Assembly (NCBI RefSeq): GCF_937893305.1
Contig: NZ_CALBGN010000018.1
Location: forward strand, 2,598-66,597
DNA: 64,000 nt
Direction: 5' to 3'
Source: an uncultured Helicobacter sp.
GTDB lineage: Bacteria > Campylobacterota > Campylobacteria > Campylobacterales > Helicobacteraceae
This document shows, piece after piece, positions 53,500-61,788 of the stretch. Positions within the stretch are counted from its first letter, which is position 1, and each line of letters opens with the position of its first letter. Under the pieces are notes generated by a model. The model ran no database searches and had not been told where the DNA came from. It saw only the letters and a list, made by a program, of their open reading frames with translations. The position numbers and the translations under genes were made by a program.

Positions 53500-55001
53500 T
53501 TCCCGCCTATAAGCTCTAAATGTTTTAGAATCTTTTGGCTTAAATCTTTCTCTTCTTTGATTTGAGATTCTAGCTCGGCTTTTAGGCGTGTAAATTCCCT
53601 TTCAAAGTCAAAGTCTTCTTCATCTTCTGCCAAGCCCACATAGCGACCCGGTGTTAAGACATAATCAAGCTTTGCTATCTCATCTTTATCTACACTTTTA
53701 CAAAAGCCTAGAATGTCGCTGTAATCTGTGCCTTGTTGCTCTTGTGCTTTTTGCCATTTATGATAAGTCTGTGCGATTGTAGCAATATCGCTTTGAGTTA
53801 GAATCCTGTTTTTGCGATTGATGAGTTCGCCTAGATTTCGTGCGTCAATAAAAAGTGTGTTGTTATGAGCTTTGTTGCGTTTGATAAACCAAAGACACGC
53901 AGGGATTTGTGTGTTTAAAAAGAGTTTTGCGGGGAGATTAACAATACATTCTATAAGGTTAGATTCTATTAAGTTTTTGCGGATTTGCCCCTCTGTGCTT
54001 GTGTTGCTCGTAAGAGAACCTTTAGCAAGGACAAATCCCGCCCTACCCTTTGGGGCTAAATGGTGGATAAAGTGGCTTATCCACGCATAATTCGCATTCG
54101 TGCTAGGGGGTGTGCCATAGTTCCAACGCACATCATTTTCTAAGGCTTGGCTGCCCCAATCTGTGGCATTAAAAGGTGGATTTGCAATAATGAAATCTGC
54201 TTTTAAGTCCTTGTGTGCGTCATTAAGAAAGCTCCCCTCGCTATTCCACTTTACAGAGCTAGAATCTATTTTTCGCAAGGCAAGATTCATCTTTGCTAAT
54301 CGCCAAGTAGTTTGATTACTCTCTTGCCCATAGATTGAAATATCGCTGATTTTACCTTGATGTTCTTTGACGAACTGCTCACTTTGGACAAACATTCCTC
54401 CACTTCCACAGCAAGGATCAAATACCCTGCCCTTATAAGGCTCTAGCATAGCAACCAAAAGCTCTACAACGCTTTTTGGTGTGTAGAACTGCCCGCCCTT
54501 TTTGCCTTCACTCAAGGCAAATTCACCCAAAAAATATTCAAAAATATGCCCTAAAATATCGCTTGTGTTTGCTTGATTCAATACAATAGAATCTATTAAA
54601 TTCATCAAATCGCCCAAAGTCGCACTATCTAGGTTTTCTTTGGCATAGACTTTTGGCAGCACACCTTTTAATTGTGGATTTTGCTTTTCTATCAAATCTA
54701 GGGCATAATCTAGGTCTTTGCCTATTTGTGGGCTTTTTGCCTTGCTTAAAAGAAAGCTCCATCTAGAATCTTGTGGCACAAAAAAGATATTTTTTGCGAT
54801 ATATTCATCTTTATCTTCTGCATCTTCATTGCGTGCAAGTAACTCTTTGTGTAGAGATTCAAAACTATCGCTAATGTATTTCAAAAACACAAGTCCAAGC
54901 ACGATGTGTTTATACTCTGCGGCGTCTATGTTTTTACGAAGTTTATCAGCAGCACTAAAAAGTGCGGCTTCTAGCTTTTGTGGTTGTTTTGTCTTTGCCA
55001 T
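53496..55001 (-). CDS. hsdM: Type I R-M N6-adenine methyltransferase
   Basis: GQFYTP, DPCCGSGG, NPPF, LTPGRYVG. Confidence 0.97.
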   Translation of the reverse strand: MAKTKQPQKLEAALFSAADKLRKNIDAAEYKHIVLGLVFLKYISDSFESLHKELLARNEDAEDKDEYIAKNIFFVPQDSRWSFLLSKAKSPQIGKDLDYALDLIEKQNPQLKGVLPKVYAKENLDSATLGDLMNLIDSIVLNQANTSDILGHIFEYFLGEFALSEGKKGGQFYTPKSVVELLVAMLEPYKGRVFDPCCGSGGMFVQSEQFVKEHQGKISDISIYGQESNQTTWRLAKMNLALRKIDSSSVKWNSEGSFLNDAHKDLKADFIIANPPFNATDWGSQALENDVRWNYGTPPSTNANYAWISHFIHHLAPKGRAGFVLAKGSLTSNTSTEGQIRKNLIESNLIECIVNLPAKLFLNTQIPACLWFIKRNKAHNNTLFIDARNLGELINRKNRILTQSDIATIAQTYHKWQKAQEQQGTDYSDILGFCKSVDKDEIAKLDYVLTPGRYVGLAEDEEDFDFEREFTRLKAELESQIKEEKDLSQKILKHLELIGGK

Positions 55002-55098
55002 TTTTACAACTTTCTAAATTTTTAACTAGCATTATAACCAAAACTTGATTTGTGAGAATTTTTAAATTTTTATTAATAAAATAAATTAATTTATCTAG

Positions 55099-55320
55099 AC
55101 AATCGTTGTTTCAGCAAGTTTAGCGGATTACTCAAGTGCGGTTAATATTGCAATCTCATCTAATGATGAACTAGGAGTAATCGCAAAAGAAATCAATGTA
55201 AATATTCAAAACATTGAAGAAGGCTTAAAACAAGATTCTCCAGCAATTGCACAATCCGCACAAACAGCTAAAGAAGTAGAAAGTGGAGATTTAACAGCAA
55301 GAATGGAATCTAAAATTTAG
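55099..55320 (+). pseudogene. Chemoreceptor (MCP/Tlp) gene remnant
   Basis: Start-less frame ...SSNDELGVIAKEINVNIQNIEEGLKQD...VESGDLTAR, similar to the HAMP region [15 protein letters not shown]...QSGDF of the MCP at 32160-34085. Confidence 0.8.
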
Positions 55321-55326
55321 ATTCCA
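55304..55326. repeat. Perfect palindrome of the over-represented motif, possibly the terminator of the fez-like operon
   Basis: TGGAATCTAAA-A-TTTAGATTCCA. Confidence 0.75.
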
Positions 55327-55352
55327 ACTTTTAATAATCTATAAAATCAAAT

Positions 55353-55562
55353 TTACTTTTTAGGATACAAAGAAGCGTGCCAAATAGAAAATCCAACAAG
55401 CGCAACTCCTGCTGTGATATGGATTGTCTTTGCAGATTTGTTTTTTAAAAATAACGCACTCCCAGCAGTCAGCAACAAACTTGCACTCATACCTATTTTT
55501 GCAATCTCACGCTTTGTTTCAATAGAGATTTTGTTTTCTTTAATTTCTAATTCTTTTTGCAT
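55353..55562 (-). CDS. Small 2-TM membrane protein with paired His (DUF4405-like); last gene of the fez-like cluster
   Basis: AGGAG RBS; HITAGVALVGFSIWH. Confidence 0.7.
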   Translation of the reverse strand: MQKELEIKENKISIETKREIAKIGMSASLLLTAGSALFLKNKSAKTIHITAGVALVGFSIWHASLYPKK

Positions 55563-55570
55563 ATTTTCTC

Positions 55571-55684
55571 CTATTTTGTTTGCTTTTTTTTGGAGTATTT
55601 TTTGTATTTCAAAAATGCTTGCCTTGTCATTTGTGCTGCTAGAAATCCACTTCCTGCCGTTGCTAAAACAAGTAAAAAAGGCAT
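55571..55684 (-). CDS. 37-aa single-TM protein (not in the ORF track)
   Basis: AAGGAG RBS; MPFLLVLATAGSGFLAAQMTRQAFLKYKKYSKKKQTK*; fills the gap between two operon genes. Confidence 0.65.
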   Translation of the reverse strand: MPFLLVLATAGSGFLAAQMTRQAFLKYKKYSKKKQTK

Positions 55685-55696
55685 TAATTCCACTCC

Positions 55697-57797
55697 TTAT
55701 CTAATATTGATTCTTTGTAAAGCATTTAAAAGCAATCCTATTGTTGTGCCATTGTGTAAAAATGCCGTTTGAATAGGACTTAATTTGCCAAGACTTGCTA
55801 GAATTAAAATCATAGAATTTACACCCACTGTGATTTTAAAACCTCTTTGCACCTTTTTTAAACAAGAAATAGCAAGCTCTCTAGCTTCTGCTACTGCTTC
55901 AATATCATCACGCAACAACACCACATCTGCACTTGCCTTTGCAATATCAGCTCCTTTATGCATACCAATTCCAATATCAGCACGGATTAATGCAGGCGCA
56001 TCATTAATCCCATCTCCTACAAAAGCAACCTTCTTGCCCTCTTGCATAATTTGCTCTAAAATTTCTGCCTTTTGTGTAGGTAAAAGTTCCGCATAATAGC
56101 GATTAATCCCTAGTTCTTTAGAGATTTTTTCCGCTTTTTGCTTTGTATCGCCTGTTAGCATAATAATCTCTTTAATCCCGCTCTTTCGCAATCTCTCTAG
56201 TGCAGTTTTTGCATTTTCTCTTAAAGAATCTTTAAGTAAAATCATTCCTAAAAGCTCTTTATCATAGCCAATATACAAAGGCATTTCACCACTTTCTAAA
56301 ATCGCTTCAATTTCTTTATTTTGCACTTCAAAACTAATCTTTTCATCATCTTCTAAAAAATGCCTAGAGCCTATTACAACACTTTTTCCATTGATTTCAC
56401 TCTTCACGCCGTGTGCTACAATAAAAGTTACTTCATCGTGATGAAAATGCTTAAAGTCCTTGTCTTTTGCTGCTTTTACAACCGCTTGTGCCACAGGGTG
56501 AAAATAATGCTCTTCAATACTAGCAGCAAGGTTCAACACTGCATCTTTATCCCAAGTCTTATGAAAAGAATACACATCAAGAACCTCTAAATCTCCTTGT
56601 GTAAGGGTCCCTGTTTTATCAAATACAAACACTTCGCTAAGCTGTAAAGATTCCAAACTCTTTGCACCTTTAATGATAATCCCTTCTTTTCCGGCACTTG
56701 AAATTGCAGATTTAAAAGTTACAGGTGTTGTGAGCTTTAACGCACAAGAATAATCTGCTTGCAACACACTAGCACTACGCATCAAATCACGCGTTAAAAC
56801 ATAAGAGAGTGTCGCAAGCCCTAAAGTAATCGGCACTAAAGAATCTGCCATTTTAGACGCATTAAGTTCCTGATGGGATTTTTGCACCAAAGTTTCTTCA
56901 ATGTAGTTTTTAATCCTTGCCATTGCAGTTTGCTTCCCAACAGATTCCGCCCAAACTTTAATTTTCCCTTCTTGCACGATTGTGCCAGATAATACTCTAT
57001 CACTATGCCCTTTTTGCACAGGTGTTGCTTCTCCAGTCATTGAGATTTGATTCACAAGTGCTTCACCATCAATAATGTGCCCATCTACTAAAATCGTATC
57101 TCCAGCACCAATGACTACAATATCACTAATTTTTAGCTCTTCACTTGGAATCTGCTTTAAAACACTCTTTCCCTTTTTCTACACGCTCAACCCACGCTAA
57201 ACCGCTCTTTTGCTTGGCAAGTTCTTTAATTAAATCATCGCTTTTATACATTGTCATTTCTTCAATATATTCACCAAGCGCTAGCATAAAATTTGTAGAA
57301 TTTGCTGTTTTGAAGTCTTTTAAATATAAAGAAATCGCAACTGCCATTGCTTCTAAAGAGCGAGAATTAATTCCGTGTGCAAAAGTCTCCTTTAACCCAC
57401 TAAATAGCAAGGGAAATGATGCAACAAAAGAAAATCCAAGTTGCGCTGTGGCATTGTTTAATAAAGGTGAAAGCAATAAAGCACTCCCAGCGCGTGCTAC
57501 TTCTGATGAACTTGGTATTTCATCTCTTAGAGCGAGATAACTCTCATCGTGCTTGATTAAATCTGATTCCACCGCAACGCCATTTAAGACATTATAAATG
57601 TTTTGCTCTAAATCCTCCAAAGATCCACAATACTGCACAATAATGTTATTTAAAATCGCATTAACACGCACATTGCTAGCACTTGGCATTTCTTCTAAAG
57701 CTACACGAAGCTGTATGGGATTTACTCTAAAACCATTTTTGCAAATGTATTTAAAGCGCGCCCTATTAGCAGTTGCGTGAAGTAGAATCAATCGCAT
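55697..57797 (-). pseudogene. fezB: P1B-6-type (FezB-like) P-type ATPase split by a single-base frameshift near 57165-57180
   Basis: N-terminal HATANRARF, TGE, ADYSCALKL, DKTGT, HP, GDGINDA, LHNGTT; removing one base gives a continuous ORF of about 699 aa. Confidence 0.8.
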
Positions 57798-57805
57798 TTT
57801 TATCC

Positions 57806-58105
57806 TTAAATTTTATCACTATCGTTAATTTCAGCCTTAGCGTCTTCATAACGTTCTTTTAACTCTTCAATTCCGCTTTCAAACAAACTGCTAATTTTTG
57901 CAAAGCCCTTAAAAATCGCTCTTTGCGCATTTTCATTTGTTAAAATAAAAGTTGCTGCCGCACCAATTAACGCCCCTTTTAAAAAATCTTGTTTAGGATT
58001 AGAATCCAAAAGATTTCCTAGAAAATTTTGTGAATATTGCGTGCTATTTTGTGTATTTTGTGTTTCTTTATTGATATAGGGATTATTAGGATTTGGTTGT
58101 GTCAT
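57806..58105 (-). CDS. Small GxxxG membrane protein (FezA/YtxH-like)
   Basis: FLKGALIGAAATFIL then ELKERYEDAKAEI; immediately upstream of the ATPase. Confidence 0.7.
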   Translation of the reverse strand: MTQPNPNNPYINKETQNTQNSTQYSQNFLGNLLDSNPKQDFLKGALIGAAATFILTNENAQRAIFKGFAKISSLFESGIEELKERYEDAKAEINDSDKI

Positions 58106-58106
58106 A

Positions 58107-58454
58107 TTAGTCCTTTGTTAAAAGTTTTGAAGCAGTGCAACAGCCCTTGTTTGCTAGCGTTTGGATTCCATAAACACTTGCTGCTCCAATAGCTACAAAC
58201 GCTGCTGCTTCAATGATTCCTTGCGTGGGTGATTTTGCAGAATTCCCTAACGCATTTGTCGCTGCAATACCACACGCTGTTATGATTCCACCTTCAGCAC
58301 CTGCTTTTAGTGTTTCTGTGATTGCCTCTTGCTTGTTGATTTCTTTGCGTTTATATTTTGCATACGCATAAGCTCCACTTAGCATTAGCGCAATAAGCCC
58401 ACCACTAATTGCGTGTCCTGTAACAGAGCGTGGAGTTCCTGTATTTGCTAACAT
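58107..58454 (-). CDS. Gly/Ala-rich membrane protein (MamC-like fez accessory)
   Basis: Hydrophobic Gly/Ala-rich segments, GAEGG, C-terminal CC; coupled to its neighbours. Confidence 0.6.
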   Translation of the reverse strand: MLANTGTPRSVTGHAISGGLIALMLSGAYAYAKYKRKEINKQEAITETLKAGAEGGIITACGIAATNALGNSAKSPTQGIIEAAAFVAIGAASVYGIQTLANKGCCTASKLLTKD

Positions 58455-58741
58455 TAATTCTCCTTTTTTATTGTCTTACGCGTTGTGCGTTGCTTTGTTG
58501 TTTTAGATTCCACATTTTGCGGTGCTTCTTGCATTTGGGATTCCGCATTTAATGCGTTTTTGAAGCTATTTTTTGCGTAATTTAATGCGTGATTAGAAAA
58601 CTCTTTCCCTTTGTTAATCGTGCTATTTAATTTTTCAGAAATCTCACTACTACCTAATTTTTCTTTAATCTGCTCTCTTTTTGTGAATAAAAGTGCAACT
58701 CCTGCACCAACTGCTAATCCTGCAATAAATGGTAATGCCAT
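58454..58741 (-). CDS. Small GxxxG membrane-anchored protein
   Basis: MALPFIAGLAVGAGVALLF then a charged tail. Confidence 0.7.
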   Translation of the reverse strand: MALPFIAGLAVGAGVALLFTKREQIKEKLGSSEISEKLNSTINKGKEFSNHALNYAKNSFKNALNAESQMQEAPQNVESKTTKQRTTRKTIKKEN

Positions 58742-58744
58742 TAT

Positions 58745-59344
58745 TTACTCCTTGTTTTGATTTAAAAGTTCATTGAAAATAATTACTCCAAATGCGCCTG
58801 CAATCACGCCACCCATTAAAGAATAATTCAACTTGCCCAAAAAACCCTCTAATTGCTCTTTGGATAGACTTCCTTCTTGCAGTCTTGTAACCATTTCAGA
58901 AGTCTCTCCTAAAAGGTCTTTACTATGATTTAAGAAATCCATTATATTTGAAGTATCCGTGTTATGATGATAAGCAAGTGCTTGTTGAAGTGCTGGGATA
59001 TGATGATTAAAACTTGCAGCTTGCAAACGATAAAACACATCTAAAATTTCTGAATCTTGTTCTTTTGCAATTAAAGTATTATAAAGGGCAATGTTTGCAT
59101 TTTCTTGCTCTAGTGCAACTTGTAACACTTCTTCGCGGAGACTTGGAAGTGTTATTGTATGCAAATAGGGATTATTGGGGATAGGGACATTTAACTTTTG
59201 AAGTTGATGAGAAAGCGCATTAATGTGCGTAATCTCAGCGTTTTGAAGATTTAAAAAAATCTCTCCTAATGGACTTGCTTGCGTGTAAAAACTATATGCC
59301 TTATACTCATCGTCTAATGCTTTTAACAAATTCTCTGCACTCAT
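58745..59344 (-). CDS. Ferritin/rubrerythrin-like protein with C-terminal GxxxG membrane anchor
   Basis: ALDDEYKA, AEITH, EQENANIALY, ASFNHH; TM MGGVIAGAFGVIIF; ATG at 59344 overlaps the upstream stop. Confidence 0.75.
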   Translation of the reverse strand: MSAENLLKALDDEYKAYSFYTQASPLGEIFLNLQNAEITHINALSHQLQKLNVPIPNNPYLHTITLPSLREEVLQVALEQENANIALYNTLIAKEQDSEILDVFYRLQAASFNHHIPALQQALAYHHNTDTSNIMDFLNHSKDLLGETSEMVTRLQEGSLSKEQLEGFLGKLNYSLMGGVIAGAFGVIIFNELLNQNKE

Positions 59345-59706
59345 ACAATTTCCCTTAAATTTTGATTGATTATTTCTGCAATTTCTTCTAATGATTCTCC
59401 CTTTATACAATCCTCCCAAAGCTTAGGATTTAACAAGCTAGAATCATAATGAATTGTTAAAGAACCAATTAAAGGATTAAACTTGAGAGAAAAGATTAAT
59501 GGAATCTTTTCTAACACCTCCAAAAGCATCTTTGGATTTACCCTTTTTTCTTGTGCGGCTGCTTTCAACTTTAAACTTGCTCTAAGACGGATTCTACCTT
59601 TTGTATGATGGATAATGGAGAAATACTCCTTAAAAAACTCCAAATCATTAGGCGTTATTTCTAAGTCCTTTAAAGTCTGAAGTAAGGCTATTTTATCTTC
59701 TTGCAT
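59341..59706 (-). CDS. HMA2-like domain protein (FezC-like)
   Basis: IIHHTKGRIRLR and NPLIGSLTIHYD, the same pattern as the ATPase N-terminus. Confidence 0.75.
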   Translation of the reverse strand: MQEDKIALLQTLKDLEITPNDLEFFKEYFSIIHHTKGRIRLRASLKLKAAAQEKRVNPKMLLEVLEKIPLIFSLKFNPLIGSLTIHYDSSLLNPKLWEDCIKGESLEEIAEIINQNLREIV

Positions 59707-59775
59707 AATAATCCGCTCAAAATGAATTTCTGTTGGATTTTAGACTAAAGGTTATAAAAATTTTCTTAATAAAAA

Positions 59776-59872
59776 AATAATGAGATTCAAATAATAATAT
59801 TTAATAGCATAAATAAAGAAGTTTTAAAACATAAAAATTTATATAATAATTTAAAAAATGAGAATCAAAAAT
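59776..59872. promoter_or_regulatory. Two Fur-box-like sites upstream of the fez-like operon
   Basis: AATGAGATTCAAA (core 59781-89) and AATGAGAATCAAA (core 59859-67); 11-12 of 19 matches to the Fur consensus, in very AT-rich DNA. Confidence 0.45.
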
Positions 59873-59875
59873 TAG

Positions 59876-60718
59876 CTAATTTTGAGAGTCAAAATTAAAA
59901 ATCTTAGGTTCATTTGTTTGAGAATCCACATTTTCTTCTAAAATCAGCTCTGCTTTTTGGCTATTAATATCCACCAACCAATAAAATCCGACCGCCTTTG
60001 TAACTGTTGGTTTAATCTTGGCAACTTGATATCCTTGCTGTTCCTCCACTGATTCTATAACACCAACAAGCACACCCGGATAAAAAATTTCATCAAACCC
60101 ACTTGTATAAATCTGCTCTCCTATTTCAATTTTAGGATACAAAGGGATATAATCCACTACAAAACCTTTATTTAAATCATATTTGGCAACACCGGGTGTC
60201 TTATTATCGCCGACTACCACACTATAACTACACTTTTCATTACCATTTAAAAAACCTAACAAACGACCACTTTGCATTTTAGCAATGCCTGCAACTTGAT
60301 TATTACTAATTAATCCAAAAATTGCATTTTCTCTTTGTTTTAATGTATTATTTTGTTCAAGCCAAATTTTTGTGTAATCATTCATTTCTACATAAGAAAT
60401 CATTCTAGAAAATGTGATTTGCATTGCACTTGGCTTGAAGTTTAAAGCCTGTAAAAGCGCATCGTGTTCAGTTTTAAGGGCATCATAAGAATATTGTAGT
60501 TTTTCTTTGTCTTCAAGCGCATTTGTTAAATCTTTAATCTGTTGAACTTGATTAAAATAACGCGTGATAATATTTGCAACATTGTGATTTAAATTTAAAA
60601 TTCCAATTTTTATAGAATCGCTAAAATACAAAACTTTTGCGTGAAACTCTTTGGAAACCTGTAATGCAACAAAAAATGTAACAACTAAAAATAATATCCA
60701 AAGAAAAAGCTTTTTCAA
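59876..60718 (-). CDS. mreC: Rod shape-determining protein MreC
   Basis: N-terminal TM, coiled coil, TSGFDEIFYPGV; follows mreB. Confidence 0.9.
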   Translation of the reverse strand: MKKLFLWILFLVVTFFVALQVSKEFHAKVLYFSDSIKIGILNLNHNVANIITRYFNQVQQIKDLTNALEDKEKLQYSYDALKTEHDALLQALNFKPSAMQITFSRMISYVEMNDYTKIWLEQNNTLKQRENAIFGLISNNQVAGIAKMQSGRLLGFLNGNEKCSYSVVVGDNKTPGVAKYDLNKGFVVDYIPLYPKIEIGEQIYTSGFDEIFYPGVLVGVIESVEEQQGYQVAKIKPTVTKAVGFYWLVDINSQKAELILEENVDSQTNEPKIFNFDSQN

Positions 60719-60731
60719 TACCAGCCTTTAA

Positions 60732-61766
60732 TTATTCATAAGTTAGCTGTTGTAAAACATCAATTTCTTCTAGTGCTTTACCTGTTCCTTTTGCTACACA
60801 CAATAATGGTTCATCACCTACATACACTGGTAATTTCACAATATCAGAAAGATATTTATCAAGCCCACGAATCAAAGCTCCCCCACCTGTTAATGCGATT
60901 CCATTTTCTACAATATCCCCCGCTAAATCTGGTGGCATCTGCTCTAATACATCTTTTAATGCATTTGAAATCTCTTTAAGTGTTTCCTTCATCGCTTCTC
61001 TCACATCTTCACTTGTAAGCTCAATGGAATTCAAAAGACCACTTACTTGATCACGCCCCTTAACTTGCATTGTAAGTGGCTCATCAAGACTCACTGCTGA
61101 ACCAATTTGAATCTTAATTTCTTCTCCTGTGCGCTCCCCAATTAAAAGACTATATTTTCTACGCACATAATCCACAACTGCCATATCTAGTTTATCTCCA
61201 GCAGTGCGCAAAGATTTTGAAATCACAAGTCCACCAAGAGAAATAACCCCAATCTCTGTTGTTCCTCCACCAATATCTACCACCAAACTCCCTTTAGGTT
61301 CTTTAACAGGCAGTCCTGCGCCAATTGCCGCTGCCATTGGCTCTTCAATTAAAAAGACTTCTCTAGCTCCTGCGCTAATTGCAGATTCTCTAACTGCTTT
61401 GCGCTCAACTCCTGTTAGCCCATAAGGAACGCACACTATAATTCTAGGACGCATTAAAGCTTTTCTTCTATGTGCTTTTTCAATAAAATGACGAATCATT
61501 TTTTCTGTCATATCAAAATCTGCAATCACTCCATCTTTCATAGGGCGCACTGCTGTAATACTTCCTGGTGTTTTACCGACCATTTCTTTTGCTTCGTGTC
61601 CTACAGCCAAAATTTTGTTTTTTCCATAGCGATCATTTTGAACTGCCACAACAGAAGGTTCATTAATAATAACCCCTTGCCCTTTAACCAAAACAATCGT
61701 ATTTGCAGTTCCAAGATCAATGGAAATATCGTGTGAAAACCAACCAATTATTTTATCTATCAACAT
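60732..61766 (-). CDS. mreB: Actin-like MreB
   Basis: IDLGTANT, EEPMAAAIGAG, DIGGGTTE, LTGGGA. Confidence 0.98.
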   Translation of the reverse strand: MLIDKIIGWFSHDISIDLGTANTIVLVKGQGVIINEPSVVAVQNDRYGKNKILAVGHEAKEMVGKTPGSITAVRPMKDGVIADFDMTEKMIRHFIEKAHRRKALMRPRIIVCVPYGLTGVERKAVRESAISAGAREVFLIEEPMAAAIGAGLPVKEPKGSLVVDIGGGTTEIGVISLGGLVISKSLRTAGDKLDMAVVDYVRRKYSLLIGERTGEEIKIQIGSAVSLDEPLTMQVKGRDQVSGLLNSIELTSEDVREAMKETLKEISNALKDVLEQMPPDLAGDIVENGIALTGGGALIRGLDKYLSDIVKLPVYVGDEPLLCVAKGTGKALEEIDVLQQLTYE

Positions 61767-61788
61767 ATTCTCTCTCTTTTATTTGGAT

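Noticed and set aside
48660..55100. Prophage or ICE at ssrA
   Set aside because: No integrase, phage or conjugation genes, and no duplicated ssrA 3' end seen
55697..57055. Stand-alone 452-aa ATPase starting at MNQISMTGE
   Set aside because: It begins in the middle of the actuator domain; the frame stays open upstream to the frameshift, so it is the C-terminal part of one gene
57160..57185. CopA-style programmed -1 ribosomal frameshift in the ATPase
   Set aside because: Restoring the frame needs a +1 shift, and GGGAAAG is not in the X XXY YYZ phase in the upstream frame
58745..59419. 224-aa version of the ferritin-like ORF
   Set aside because: The extension lies inside the upstream gene; the ATG at 59344 has an RBS and overlaps the upstream stop
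21617..59706. Functional linkage between the pst operon and the fez-like cluster (iron-phosphate storage)
   Set aside because: They are about 28 kb apart with unrelated housekeeping genes between them, and no shared regulatory motif was seen
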